Position numbers and translations under genes: made by a program. Positions 45,401 through 49,366 of a stretch of DNA of 64,000 nucleotides are shown one piece after another. The stretch is from an uncultured bacterium (GTDB lineage Bacteria > Omnitrophota > Omnitrophia > Omnitrophales > Aquincolibacteriaceae), in assembly GCA_964385615.1 (NCBI GenBank), contig CAYLPP010000008.1:31150-95149 (forward strand), read 5' to 3'. The notes below the pieces were generated by a model. That model saw only the letters and a list, made by a program, of their open reading frames with translations, was not told where the DNA came from and ran no database searches. Every line of letters starts with the position of its first letter. Positions within the stretch are counted from its first letter, which is position 1.

Positions 45401-47073
45401 GGGACATCCGCGATCTGCGCACCAACGCTCCGTTGAGCGACCTGACGGTCAAGCAGACCAAGAACACGGATGATACTTTCGTGCAATGGCAGGAAACCGG
45501 CATCAGCGCTAACCCGCCGAGAGTTCAGCCTACGCCGTACGGCATCTGGGGCACGACCTTCAGCAAAACCCAGTACGGTGATCTTGTCGTGGTCGTGGAA
45601 GCTAACAGCGATCAGACTAAGAAAGAATTCATGGAAACGACGGTTATTCATATCTGGGATGCCAACTCTCAGATCGCTTACAACCCGACCACTCAGACCC
45701 TTAAAGTCACCCTTCGTCTGATTCAGGATATGCAGTTGGTTTCCGGCGTGACCCGTATTATTTATCAGATTTTTGACGGCGCCGCCTTGATTGGTTCCTT
45801 CAAGGTTCATGATGAAATGACCAACAACCTGGAAGATCCCTGGTATGACCCGGATGCTAACGTCGCGATTGCTTCAGGCGCGGCCAACCTGTTCAACGGT
45901 AACTGGGAACTGGTGCTGGATGCGGGGCCGAGCGGTTTGAATCTTCAGCCCGGTAAGGTTTACACCACGCTGACCAAAATGTCGATTGCTTCCGGCGGTA
46001 CGTTCAAGACGCCCAACAGCTTCGATATCACGGCCACTTATAAACTGCAGGACGTGCAGAACACGATTAATGACAAGCTCGATATTTCACTGTCCGACGC
46101 GACCGCGGCCATTCAGGACAATATGAATACTCAGTTCACAACCCTTTCTGATACTGTGACGAGCAAACTGGATGCCACGCAAACTGCTGTTGAAACCAAG
46201 CTTGATACGACCCGTGATGTGCTGGTCGCGAAGATGCAGGAACAGACCGATACCATCAATACGGCCATCACTGACTTTACCCAGAAATCTGATGAAGCCG
46301 TTTACCGCATGGAAGACTCCATTACGGCCGGCGCCATCCGTCTGATCACTCCGGAATCCACCAAGGTCGGGTTCCAGGAACGTATTCAGGTCGCGACCGA
46401 TCCCGCGGCCAGTGTGACCGCCGATTTGATCTGCCCGGACGGTACTCCGATTTTGAGTCTGATTCTGCCCGCGTCTGCGGTGCAGGAAGGTATTTTTTCG
46501 GTTCCCGTGAGATTTGACGCTCAAACTTTCAAGTGCGCTGTTGCTAAAGCCGTGACGATTGTTGCCACGGCCACGATTCCCAGTAAGAATCCGGCGAACC
46601 CGGCTTTCACCACCAGCGCGGTGCGCAGTATGTTCCTGGTGACGGCGACTAACGACGATATTATCGCTTCGACCTCAGGTGTGGCCAACGCTCAGAAGGC
46701 CGCGGAAGCCGCGAAGGACGCAGTCGAACAGATGGGCAAAGCTCTCAAGGGCAACGGCAACATTCAAGATTCCCTGGCCCGCTTACAGCAGTCTATGGAC
46801 CGGTTCCCGTCATTAATGAAATCGGGCGAAGGCAATATCAATGCCCTCAAGGCGTCACTTGAAGAAATCGCTTCCAAGCTCAATGGCTTCATGGGCAATG
46901 AAGGTATTGATATGAAGCAGCTGCTTAAGCAGGAGATCGGTGAAGGCATGAAGGGGGTCCGTAACAAGGTTGACCGGACCCTGGCCACGACCCAGATTAT
47001 TCAGAAAATCACAGAACAAAAGCTTGGGGGAAGCGATGCTCCTGTCGTTAATTCCTACTATGAAACCGTTTAA
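24436..47073 (+). CDS. Giant secreted Ser/Thr-rich repeat protein (7,545 aa): signal peptide, duplicated N-terminal domain, ~65 tandem ~98-aa beta-sandwich repeats, conserved C-terminal module
   Basis: An uninterrupted 22.6-kb ORF with a GTG start. The signal peptide is ASFLLWSISFVLTGSAQA|AQ. From aa ~626 the repeat consensus is G(S/A)xT(V/I)T(S/A)PNGGExWxVGxxQNITWTxTGSIANVKLEYSTNGFSDExQTxxIxASTPxxGxYSWTIPDAIGTxxKVRVSDxxDSTVxDTSNANFxIK. The sequence is Ser/Thr/Asn/Gly-rich throughout. Confidence 0.9.
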   Translation: MNHTLTFTRKVVQASFLLWSISFVLTGSAQAAQIKKVYRGIATFDAAETLQAVPIGGSVDPTKTVVLVTNTQSTNTAYDRSLFFVAQLAGNDTIQIERGGADGTNTASAAWQVIEFAEGVRVQAGISAVDKGSLSKDITVPPLSPAMDITKTVPIIMVRTPMGTNNAGRYQRTHQLFLQPSLATDGTSVTMTLTRLEANSTTGDKAVAVAWQLVEFTTDATVRAGDVCMRVPASAGSQTVTNDGLDPDGGTTNCGTNSSAFSPALNSSSTAMLFFYPMYGSGLNGEDNRIFISGTVSNSTTVSFSRGYAATTASSHVQIKYYVVDWNDGSAALGAGARGSLSSASHPARIGVSAGTDAVDPATIQITTASAHGYQVGDAVILAGCLTNTAANGTYKVSNVPSSTTFEINTFDGDIVEGSGAGAETGSADYVAKFQEVNMTTALTTADIDRMINWTTFSGPNNSNTSTSSSNADDLAHESFLYTKSGSVYLATRRAPDGELAGSTPVTIQYHVYEFPEMTLDSPNGAENLTVGQAVNVNWTAADSVATNDWKLQISTDAPHATWTDLTTANGLGTCGAGGNSDCTGTDLSTGTIQWTVPDQISSTARLRIVDTTSGASLARRSDTSNADFNIRGSLTVTAPNGGETWNIGAASNVTWTKTGSLDYSTVTLKLSLDSGGSFPTTITSLLTPSAQTYSWTPTNSHDGTANRVRAELASDPTYVYDESDADFTVQGSITVVAPNGGESWATQSDEDITWTRTGAFANVKIEYSTNSGGSFPTLIVASTPADPAPVDNAGVYTWTNIPTGTISTFGRVKVSSTSNLNVADESDADFSIVPSIKVTSPDNGTEVWRVGEANNITWDLNGALANVKIEYSKDNFVGDINLIVASTNADPAPVDGSGYYQWTIPDDITATAKVRVSNALDANKYDISDNNFKIRGNITVVSPNGGEVWPVASSQNITWAKDGTLGNVDILYSINGGSSYPNTLATNQAGTSWNWDPIPDAINSNLKVKVRSTTYNTDTEDVSDATFAIKGSFTITSPNGSEQWGAATSNAVTWTYTGTMSTAKIEYDDNSGLNGYASLVVASVAVSDQTYSWTLPSTVGTHYRVRISSNDDATVYDTSNSDFSIRGSVTLTAPNGGQTWVVGTNQNITWTYVGTIANVKLEYSTDGGSNYLAGGLITNSAPVSQAYTWTVADAIGTQLRVRVSDANDSTVNDQSDANFTIKGSLTITAPNGGEAWVVGASNNITWTKTGTIASVKLDYSTNGFSDELQNFAIIGSTPGGLLSYAWTIPDAIGTTLKVRIADLSDLTVKDESDFNFGIKGSVTITAPNGGESWSVGSSHNITWSKTGTLTGNMKLEYSTDNGGSWLVGNLITNSVLASAGTYAWTLPDSPGVQTLVRATQVDDTSVTDTSDGAFSIKGQLILTAPNGGETWVVGEGRDVEWTRIGSIANVRLDYSINSGSTYPNQITASTPASNESYTWTIPDAIGTGLKVKVTDANDSSVNDVSDAVFEIKGSLTVTAPNGGETWVVGNSQNVTWTKTGTIANVMLEYATNAFLDESTTATIVASTPGANLSYAWTIPDAIGNNLKVRVTNLADTTVKDVSDAAFAVKGSLTVGSPNGSEAWIVGESRNIVWSMTGSLQNVKLEYSTNGFSDELQTTLIVASTAAETNPPAGTGSGQYAWTVADAIGTSLKVRVTDVDNSTVTDVSNAVFTIKGSVTVTAPNGGEIWAVLEDHDITWTRTGSFNNVKIEYSTDSGSNFSSVTASTPADPAPVDNAGKFTWTIPDNITIQGRVRVSDFDDATVVDTSDANFKIRGGLAVSTPNGGEKWTVGDSQNISWNKFGTITSTVKLDYTKNGGSNYTSIATGLNVTTASPYAWTVPADTSQTVKIRVMSEADTDTFDLSDANFKIMPKFAVTSPNGGEVWSVASSQTLGWTTQGSATNVRLSYSVDGGNNYATEITSSTSNTGSFSWTVPDAIGTAVRIRVENASDSEAFDDSDANFKIRGVVQVTSPNGGESWNIASAHAVTWNITGSIANVKLEYSTNGFADEGSTATIIASTPADPAPVDGTGTYSWTIPDTPSSSVKVRVSDASDSTASDTSNATFYIRGSLALNAPNGGEAWVVGATQNIQWTRTGSIANVKLEYSNDSGSTWPAGKVIVASTPADPAPADNIGLYSWTIPDDIGTLLRVRVSDAADAAVEDTSNADFTIRGAVTVTSPNGGETWIVGDSQNITWTSSGSFLNVKIEYSTNAFANETQTSTISGSTPNDGTYSWAIPDAIGTALKVRISDASDANVVDVSNAAFEIKGSLTITSPNGSEVWKVGENRSITWNRTGSITTAKLEYSTNGGSSYPNTIIASTDATTGSYAWTVPDAISSALKAQITNTDDTSVKDASDANFEIKGTLTLTSPNGGESWKVNSQHNITWTKTGTQATVKLEYSTDGFADELQNVTIATGVDAVTGTPYVWTIPDAIGSAIKVRVTNEADSAVKDASDTNFKITGSLTLDSPNGSENWAVASVQTVAWTVVGSIANVKLEYSTNSGSTYPNVITSSTAAGAGAYSWTLPDSIGSTRRVKVTDATDSTVSDTSDADFSIIGGFQMTSPNGGEVWTVASGHSVTWNTDGTVANVKLEYSTNGFSDELATTQIVASTTNSGTYSWTIPDAISSTVKIRVSDASNSVAYDLSNGNFKIRGALLVNAPNGGEAWFIGNSQNIQWTRTGSIANVKLEYSSNGFADENQTDVIIASTPADPAPADNIGIYSWTIPDTPGTANKVRVTDASDATVLDTSNANFSIKGQLVMTSPNGGEVWTVGAVNNVTWSKFGAIVNVSLQYSTDSGGTWPGANVITASTAADPAPTDNIGVYSWTIPDEIGTQVRVRVVDTADSSTYDDSNADFKIRGSVTITAPNGGENWIVGTNQNITWNSTGSFSNVKLEYSTNGFSDENQVVSITTSTPNNGSYSWAIPDAIGTTLKVRASDVSDSTVVDTSNANFTIKGALAITSPNGSEVWKVGESRNITWNRSGSITNVKLEYSTNGGSTFPNTIIASTGAASGTYSWTVPDSIGTQLRIKATDVSDSTVSDASDANFEIKGTVTVTSPNGSEVWVVGTQHNVTWTKTGTYAAVTLEYSTNGFTDELQNNTIATGVDAVTGTPYAWTIPDVIGTTLKVRVTNEADAAVKDASDLNFKVTGAFVLTAPNGGENWAVGLNKTVTWTRTGSIANAKLEYSTNSGSTFPNVISASTGAAAEAYIWTIPDVIGSTRRVKISDASDASVYDTSDADFAIMGSFTVTAPNGGEVWTVGSAQSVTWTTDGTVANNKLEYSTNGFSDENQTSVMTASTPNTGSYSWTVPDAISTTVKVRVSDASNANAYDISNGNFKVRGALLLTAPNGGEQWLIGNSENIAWTRTGSIANVKLEYATNGFADESTTATIIASTPADPAPADNAGTYSWAIPDTPGTSNKVRVTDASDSTVLDTSNAVFSIKGQLVMQIPNGSEVWVVGGVNNVQWSKFGSISNVALYFSTDSGGTWPGGNQIVASTAADPAPIDNVGIYSWTIPDQIGTQLRVRVQDADDASTYDDSNNDFKIRGSITITAPNGGENWIVGDTQNITWNHTGSFANVKLEYSTNGFSDESQTVSITTSTPNNGSYSWAIPDAIGTSVKVRASDVSDSTVVDTSNVNFTIKGSLDLTSPDGSEVWKVGENRNITWNRSGSIANVKLEYSTNGGSSYPNTIIASTDAATGTYSWTVPDSIGSQLRVKVSDVLDATVSDTSAANFSIKGTVTVGSPNGGEVWAVGTQHNITWTKTGTYATVALEYSTNGFSDELANTTIATGVDSVTGTPYTWTVPDVIGSTLKVRVTNETDPSVKDTSDLNFKVVGSLTLTAPNGGENWAVGSSKTITWTRVGSIANAKIEYSTNSGTTYPNVIVASTGAAAEAYIWTIPDAIGTTRKVKISDASDASVNDVSDADFTIMGAFAVTAPNGGEVWTVGSAQSVTWNTTGTVSNVKLEYSTNAFSDELQTGVMIASTPNTGTYSWTVADAISALNKVRVSDVNNANAYDLSDAIFKIRGAIIVTAPNGGEQWEIGTSQNITWTLTGSIANVKLEYSTNAFSDELQTAVIVASTAADPAPVDGTGTYAWTIPDSPSTTTKVRVTDASDSTVLDTSNANFALKGRLVMTAPNGGEIWVVAGVNNITWDKFGSISNVALYYSTDSGGTWPGANQIVASTNADPAPIDGHGVYAWTIPDLIGTQVRVRVQDAIDPSTYDDSDADFKIRGSITITAPNGGETWIVGDTQSITWNHTGSFSNAKLEYSTNGFSDELQTSTITGATTNNGSYSWGIPDAIGSSVKVRGSDAGDSTVNDASNANFTIKGALLLTSPNGSEVWKVGESRNITWNRTGSIANVKLEYSTNGGSAYTNTIIASTGAGSGTYAWTVPDSIGSQLRVQVSDVTDSTVNDASDANFQIKGTVTLTSPNGGEVWVVDSHHNITWTKTGTYPTVKLEYSTNGFTDELQNTTIATGVDSVSGTPYDWTVPDIIGSAIKVRVTNETDTTVNDASDLNFKVTGAFTLTAPNGGEEWAVGASQTITWNRTGSIANAKLELSTNGGSTYGTVIQASTGAAAEAYIWTIPDSIGVNRRVRISDASDANVKDTSDADFSILGSFTVTSPNGGEVWTVASAQSIGWSTVGTVANVKLEYSTNAFNDELQTVTIAATAPNTGSYSWTVSDAISALAKIRVSDVNNANAYDISNAVFKIRGALTVNAPNGGEAWLIGNSQNIQWTRTGSIANVKLEYSSNGFSDELQTDVIVASTAADPAPADNIGLYSWTIPDNPGTANKVRVTDASDATVLDTSNANFSIKGQVVLTIPNGGEVWTVGGVNNITWNKFGAISNVKLQYSTDSGDTWPDPANVITVSTAADPAPTDNIGVFSWTIPDAIGTHLRVRVQDTADSSTYDDSNADFKVRGRITITAPNGGEAWVVGTSQNITWTHAGSFPNAKLEYSTNAFADESQTFSITAATPNTDSYAWSIPDAIGSAVRVRGSDAADSTVNDTSDNNFTIKGSLTLTSPNGSEIWKVGESRAVTWNKAGSIANVKLLYSNNGGSTYGFTITNSTDANTGSYTWTVPDTISAQIRVEVSDVTDATVKDSSDANFEIKGTVLLVTPNGGEQWAVNTAHNITWTKTGTYSSVKLEYSTNAFADELQTTTIATGVDSVTGTPYSWTIPDTISSSIKVRITNESDSAVTDKSDNTFKIVGSLTLTAPNGGESWNVGTSQTVSWDRVGSIANVKLEYSTTGAAPYPNLIVSSTSAGAGAYSWTIPDSIGTTRKVKVTDVTDSTVYDESDANFAIVATFNITQPNGGEVWTVASTQNITWTTTGSVANVKLEYSVDNGTDSYGNVIANSTPNNLTYSWQIPDTISTLMKVRVSDVNNANGFDTSNAVFKIRGALTVDAPNGGEAWGIGTNKTVQWTRTGSIANVKLEYSTNGFSDELQTALIVASTPADPAPSDNIGTYSWAIPDVPSTTVKVRVTDVADSTVLDTSNGVFSIKGSLTITAPNGTETGSNSWIVGTPYNITWIKGGAISNVKLQYSTDSGVTWPDPSKVITTSTSAGFLSYTWTIPDDITNKGRVRILDANDNSVNDVSDADFSIKGSLHLTSPDGTEIWTVGDTHAVTWTKTGTIANVKLEYSTDGGSNYTGTITASTAAAAGTFNWTIPDSISTQVRVKVTQTNDSFVTDASDANLEIRGSLTVTSPNGGEVWRVADAQPITWTKTGTIPTVEIDYSINGGSSYPFTIATGVAGSSGSYSWTIPNAITTNARVQVVNESDTQVFDGSDADFKIAGSITVVSPNGGEKWAIGSSKNITWTITGSISSVKLEYSTDGGSTYPNIIAASVNASTGTPYAWTIPDDPTTQGRVKVTNTADTTIFDASNTNFKIQGSVTVTQPNGGEAWNVGETKSIVWSKTGSFANVKIDYSVDGGSTYPNIVSASTPSGNLSYAWTIPDDISTTARVKVTDTNDSEVTDESNADFTIRGVFTVTAPNGGETWRVGQAQNVTWTVTGSVGNVKIEYSTNAFADESQTNLIVATTPAGNLTYAWNIPDAISNTVKVRLTDVDGISLGDVSNGSFSIKGLITLTSPNGGESYGVNSAQNITWNRTGSFSNVKLEYSTNGFSDENETNLITASTPADPAPVDNTGTYAWTVPDAISITVKVRVTDANDAATTDTSNNNFTIRGVLTITAPNGGEKWIVGTAQLITWDRQGSISNVKLQYTTNGSIYTDIILSTPNTGTYAWTIPNSVSTTVKVRIYDVNNNTVTDDSDANFKIQAGFTLSSPNGGEAWLVGSTHSIDWTTFGTVPFVRLDYSTDSGANYSNQISTSTGNSGSYSWVVPDSVSGTVKVRVSDTNDVTANDESNADLRIRASISVVTPNGAEQWRVGRSQNITWGMVGTIPNVKIQYSRDGFFADIQTVAASAPNTGTYAWTIPDSISNVVKVKIIDPNDIGAYDISDANFRITGDFAITSPNGGEKWNVDSDHDITWTHAGTVSDATLEYSTNAGGSWNPITGLTPNNGAYTWTIPDSITAQGRVRISDPNDSTANDISDANFKIRSFFTLGAPNGTEIWTVGDVHAITWTNTGTVSNVKLWYSTDSGATFPNVIIASTSNTGTYNWTVPDSISTTVRVRAGSPTDVDAYDDSDADLKIRGKFVISAPNGNEKWKIAQASNIQWVTTGTIADVKLYYSTNSGSTFPNVIAASTPNGASGATASYSWTVPDDASTMARIRVENIADTTVYDDSDADFKIQGNFILTAPNGGEQWIVGDLHNITWNWGGTIANVKLSYSVDSGSNYSQVIAASAPNGSGGSGSASYSWTVPDDIYSTLRVKIEDPNDAEVFDESNADFKITGSFLITSPAGGERWVTNEVHAITWNTTGTVPTVKLTYSHDNFATSNLITASTANADTYNWTIPDPGINNIPKSTRVRVEDTRDANVNSTSSAFNIDYYYITWDIRDLRTNAPLSDLTVKQTKNTDDTFVQWQETGISANPPRVQPTPYGIWGTTFSKTQYGDLVVVVEANSDQTKKEFMETTVIHIWDANSQIAYNPTTQTLKVTLRLIQDMQLVSGVTRIIYQIFDGAALIGSFKVHDEMTNNLEDPWYDPDANVAIASGAANLFNGNWELVLDAGPSGLNLQPGKVYTTLTKMSIASGGTFKTPNSFDITATYKLQDVQNTINDKLDISLSDATAAIQDNMNTQFTTLSDTVTSKLDATQTAVETKLDTTRDVLVAKMQEQTDTINTAITDFTQKSDEAVYRMEDSITAGAIRLITPESTKVGFQERIQVATDPAASVTADLICPDGTPILSLILPASAVQEGIFSVPVRFDAQTFKCAVAKAVTIVATATIPSKNPANPAFTTSAVRSMFLVTATNDDIIASTSGVANAQKAAEAAKDAVEQMGKALKGNGNIQDSLARLQQSMDRFPSLMKSGEGNINALKASLEEIASKLNGFMGNEGIDMKQLLKQEIGEGMKGVRNKVDRTLATTQIIQKITEQKLGGSDAPVVNSYYETV
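26332..45381 (+). repeat. In-frame tandem array of ~65 copies of a ~95-103-aa repeat (same fold family as in giant protein 1)
   Basis: The array shows continuous PNGGE...W...LEYS...W(T/A)IPD...(V/I)R(V/I)...D(A/T)S(D/N)A(N/D)F motifs. Unit length is ~285-310 nt. Confidence 0.85.
30760..41049 (+). repeat. Higher-order repeat: five consecutive copies of a 7-unit block, period 2,058 nt (686 aa)
   Basis: Block starts at 30760, 32818, 34876, 36934 and 38992 (next at 41050) are exactly 2,058 nt apart. Unit 1 of each block (GQLVMTSPNGGEVW...SKFGAI.NVSLQYSTDSGGTWPGAN...ADPAPxDNIG.YSWTIPD) and unit 7 (...ASTPADPAPADN.G.YSW.IPDTPGT.NKVRVTDASD.TVLDTSNA.FSIK) are diagnostic. Copies are ~80-85% identical at nucleotide level, with mostly synonymous differences. 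More degenerate copies lie on both flanks. Confidence 0.85.
45382..47073 (+). other. C-terminal module of giant protein 2, paralogous to the C-terminus of giant protein 1, ending in a coiled-coil-like tail
   Basis: DYYYITWDIRDLRTNAPL...PYGIWGTTFSKTQYGDL aligns with DYNHVSWTVRDLRTGEHL...PYGIYTTVWSKPGYGEF of giant protein 1. The tail has heptad-like T/Q/D-rich helical segments (KLDATQTAVETKLDTTRDVLVAKMQEQTDTINTAITDF). Confidence 0.7.
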
Positions 47074-47097
47074 CCTCTCTTTCAGAGCCTCGAGGGT

Positions 47098-48066
47098 TTG
47101 ACCATGAAAAAGATTATCCTTCTTCTGAACTTCCTTTTCCTGGGAATAAGCGTTTCTTATGCCGCTGAAACGGCTCCTGCGGCTGCGGACTCTACTGCTG
47201 CGGCGCCGGCGGAATCAGGAAGCCCCGCGGCTCCGGCCAAAGAGCAGAAGCTGGCGGACGATCCCAGCAAGGCTATTAAACTTAAAATTGTGGCGGTCAA
47301 TCCTTCCAAGGATAAAGTTCAGAAAGTGCCGATCAAGATCTATATGCCCAAGGAAGTTATTCCCGACGATATCATTGACATGGGACAGCTCAAGGTCGGT
47401 TACGACTCTGAAAAAGGAATGTATTTTGCTTATGATGACGCGGCGGAACTTAAACCGCTCGAAACCAAAGTTTTTGAAGTTACGCTCGAAGATGTCTGGA
47501 AAATTAAGGACCCTGAGCTCAAGAAGGTCCGTGAGCAGACGGCTCTGGCGCTCAGCCGTCTTGAAAAAACGGAGCATTACGCGCAGGCCAAGGTCATTGT
47601 GGATTCGATCGACCGGCGTTTAAATGAAATTCAAGCCAAGCAGGACGATAACACCATTTCGCGCGAAGAACATATCGGCGCTTACCGGGTCAACCTTCTG
47701 ACCATGAATAACATCCGCCAGGATATTAATATTCTGGAAAAGATGCTGCAGCACACGGGCGCGCCTCCTTCTATTGAATTGCTGAAAGATACGGTATTTG
47801 AAAGGAAGACCGATCTTGACCGCGTGACGGCCTGGAAATTGATTCTCTCAATCATTGGATTTCTGGCACTGCTTGGCGTGGGCTTTTACGTTCGCTGGTT
47901 TCTGCTGGCCCGGGCCACCGTCGGCCGAACCAATGCTCAAAAAATGAAAAGAGTGCCCACGATCAGTGAGCGCGTGGAAGAACATGCCGGCATTCGCGCG
48001 GGCGGCGAAGCGTCCGACATCAGCAAAATGATTCAGCCCGACCAGGAAAAACGGAAAGCTGGCTAG
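47098..48066 (+). CDS. Hypothetical secreted protein with A/P-rich N-terminal linker and C-terminal transmembrane anchor
   Basis: It starts 24 nt after the giant gene 2 stop. The signal peptide is IILLLNFLFLGISVSYA|AE. A C-terminal TM helix (LILSIIGFLALLGVGFYVRWFLLA) is followed by a basic cytoplasmic tail. Confidence 0.6.
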   Translation: MTMKKIILLLNFLFLGISVSYAAETAPAAADSTAAAPAESGSPAAPAKEQKLADDPSKAIKLKIVAVNPSKDKVQKVPIKIYMPKEVIPDDIIDMGQLKVGYDSEKGMYFAYDDAAELKPLETKVFEVTLEDVWKIKDPELKKVREQTALALSRLEKTEHYAQAKVIVDSIDRRLNEIQAKQDDNTISREEHIGAYRVNLLTMNNIRQDINILEKMLQHTGAPPSIELLKDTVFERKTDLDRVTAWKLILSIIGFLALLGVGFYVRWFLLARATVGRTNAQKMKRVPTISERVEEHAGIRAGGEASDISKMIQPDQEKRKAG

Positions 48067-48097
48067 TATGCACACGGCTTCCTCAATCGCGGCTACT

Positions 48098-48121
48098 GTA
48101 CTTGCGCATCGGCGCAAGTGC
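48098..48121 (+). promoter_or_regulatory. Stable GC hairpin in the intergenic leader upstream of the ATPase genes
   Basis: An 8-10-bp stem (acttgcgc / gcgcaagt) with loop ATCG has no U-tract after it. A GAGG RBS and the atpC-like ATG follow within 16 nt. Confidence 0.35.
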
Positions 48122-48136
48122 TGAGGTCCTCTCCCC

Positions 48137-48382
48137 ATGTTCCGCGTTCTAATTCTTCTGGGCGAACCGGAAAAATCCCAAAACATTGTCTACGACGCTG
48201 AAGCCTCCAGTGTGTTTCTACCCGGAGCTGAGGGTGAATTCGAAATTCTCGACTTCCACAAACCTATTATGAGTTACCTGAAAGAGGGAACGATTGTGGT
48301 CGATAATGAGAAGGAGTTCAAAATCCGGGGCGGAGTGGTCAAAATGGGCGGTCAGAGCCTGGTCGCCATGGTGGAACGTTGA
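48137..48382 (+). CDS. atpC: F-type ATPase epsilon subunit, N-terminal beta-sandwich domain only (truncated, 81 aa)
   Basis: It aligns to the E. coli epsilon N-domain (GAEGEFEILDFHKPIMSYLKEGTIVV ~ [27 protein letters not shown]). The C-terminal helical hairpin is absent. Confidence 0.7.
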   Translation: MFRVLILLGEPEKSQNIVYDAEASSVFLPGAEGEFEILDFHKPIMSYLKEGTIVVDNEKEFKIRGGVVKMGGQSLVAMVER

Positions 48383-48591
48383 AAAACATTATCGTTATTG
48401 CCATTATGTTTATCGGAACGCTGGGGCCTTCCATGGTTATCGCGGCCGTGGGTTTTGCCAGCATCATGGCCCTGGGCCGTAATCCGTCGGCTTCACCCAA
48501 GATTATGCTGGCTATGATTATCGCTCTAATTTTCGCGGAAGCGATCGCCATTATCGCTCTGCTCGTCAGTTTTCAGGTGTTTACGCCATGA
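48379..48591 (+). CDS. atpE: F-type ATPase c subunit (proteolipid), H+-type
   Basis: A TTG start overlaps the atpC stop (TTGA). It forms a two-helix hairpin: Gly/Ala-rich helix 1, RNP polar loop (GRNPSASPK), and a conserved carboxylate in helix 2 (LIFAEAIAI). No Na+-site Q/ES/T residues are present. Confidence 0.75.
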   Translation: MKNIIVIAIMFIGTLGPSMVIAAVGFASIMALGRNPSASPKIMLAMIIALIFAEAIAIIALLVSFQVFTP

Positions 48592-48601
48592 GAGGAAATC
48601 T

Positions 48602-49351
48602 ATGATTGTGACGGTGATCGCGCTTCAGGGGATTATCTTTATCGTGCTGATTCTGGTTCTCCGCCATTTCATGAAGGGGAATCTGAGCGGAGCGATGGGA
48701 CACTTGCAGAAACTCAATGACGATCTCCTTAAACAGCAGGCGGAATTCAGGGAGAAATCCGCGGCTTCCCAAAAAGAATATGAAATGAAGCTTAACAAGC
48801 TTCAGCAGGATATTGCTTCCGAACAATCCCGCGCGCGGGAGGAAGCCAACAAGATGATTGAGGACACCAAGAAGCACGCTTTGGGAGAGCGTGAAAAAAT
48901 CATCAACGAAGCGGTGGAAACCCGCGAGAAAATGCGCAAGGAAATCATGAGTGAGATGGAGGAAAAGTCGATTCAGCACTCCAAAATCGTGATTTCTGAA
49001 TTTTTCAGCGGGGAATTGAAGACGCTCATTCACGAAGCGCTGATGGCCCAGGCTCTTGACGGACTTCAGAAAATTTCCATGGAGAATTTCCAGATTAAAG
49101 CTGATCAGGCGGCGGAATTACGGATCCCGGAACCGCTTAAGCCGGAAACCCGGGAAAAGATCCGAAAGCTTTTAAAAGAGAAGATTAAACGGGATGTAGA
49201 TCTTAAGGAAGAAACGGATCCGGCGCTGGTTGCCGGCATGATTATCCGGTTTGGAACTGTTGAAATTGACGGCAGTCTAACTAACCGCTTGAGTGAAGCC
49301 GCGGCCCGGCTGAAGAAAGAAAACGCCCGCCGCTATCAAGCAACGATCTAG
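48602..49351 (+). CDS. atpF: F-type ATPase b subunit fused to a delta (OSCP)-like C-terminal domain
   Basis: An N-terminal TM helix (IIFIVLILVL) and long charged helix are b-like. The C-terminal ...LVAGMIIRFGTVEIDGSLTNRLSEAA matches the delta/OSCP C-terminus (LIGGvvvrvGdkviDgSvrgrL). Confidence 0.65.
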   Translation: MIVTVIALQGIIFIVLILVLRHFMKGNLSGAMGHLQKLNDDLLKQQAEFREKSAASQKEYEMKLNKLQQDIASEQSRAREEANKMIEDTKKHALGEREKIINEAVETREKMRKEIMSEMEEKSIQHSKIVISEFFSGELKTLIHEALMAQALDGLQKISMENFQIKADQAAELRIPEPLKPETREKIRKLLKEKIKRDVDLKEETDPALVAGMIIRFGTVEIDGSLTNRLSEAAARLKKENARRYQATI

Positions 49352-49366
49352 TAACCGGGAGAAGGT

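Noticed and set aside
24508-46524. Dozens of minus-strand and off-frame ORFs inside giant gene 2 (for example 43246-44277, 343 aa; 36709-37320, 203 aa; 45367-45810, 147 aa)
   Set aside because: The reasoning is the same as for giant gene 1. They are shadows of the repeat array on the opposite strand or in other frames, and they recur with the 2,058-nt period.
47159-47623. Alternative-frame ORFs overlapping the 47098-48066 gene (47159-47623 +, 47215-47577 -)
   Set aside because: They give Arg-rich low-complexity translations. The 47098 frame gives a coherent signal peptide, globular region and C-terminal TM anchor.
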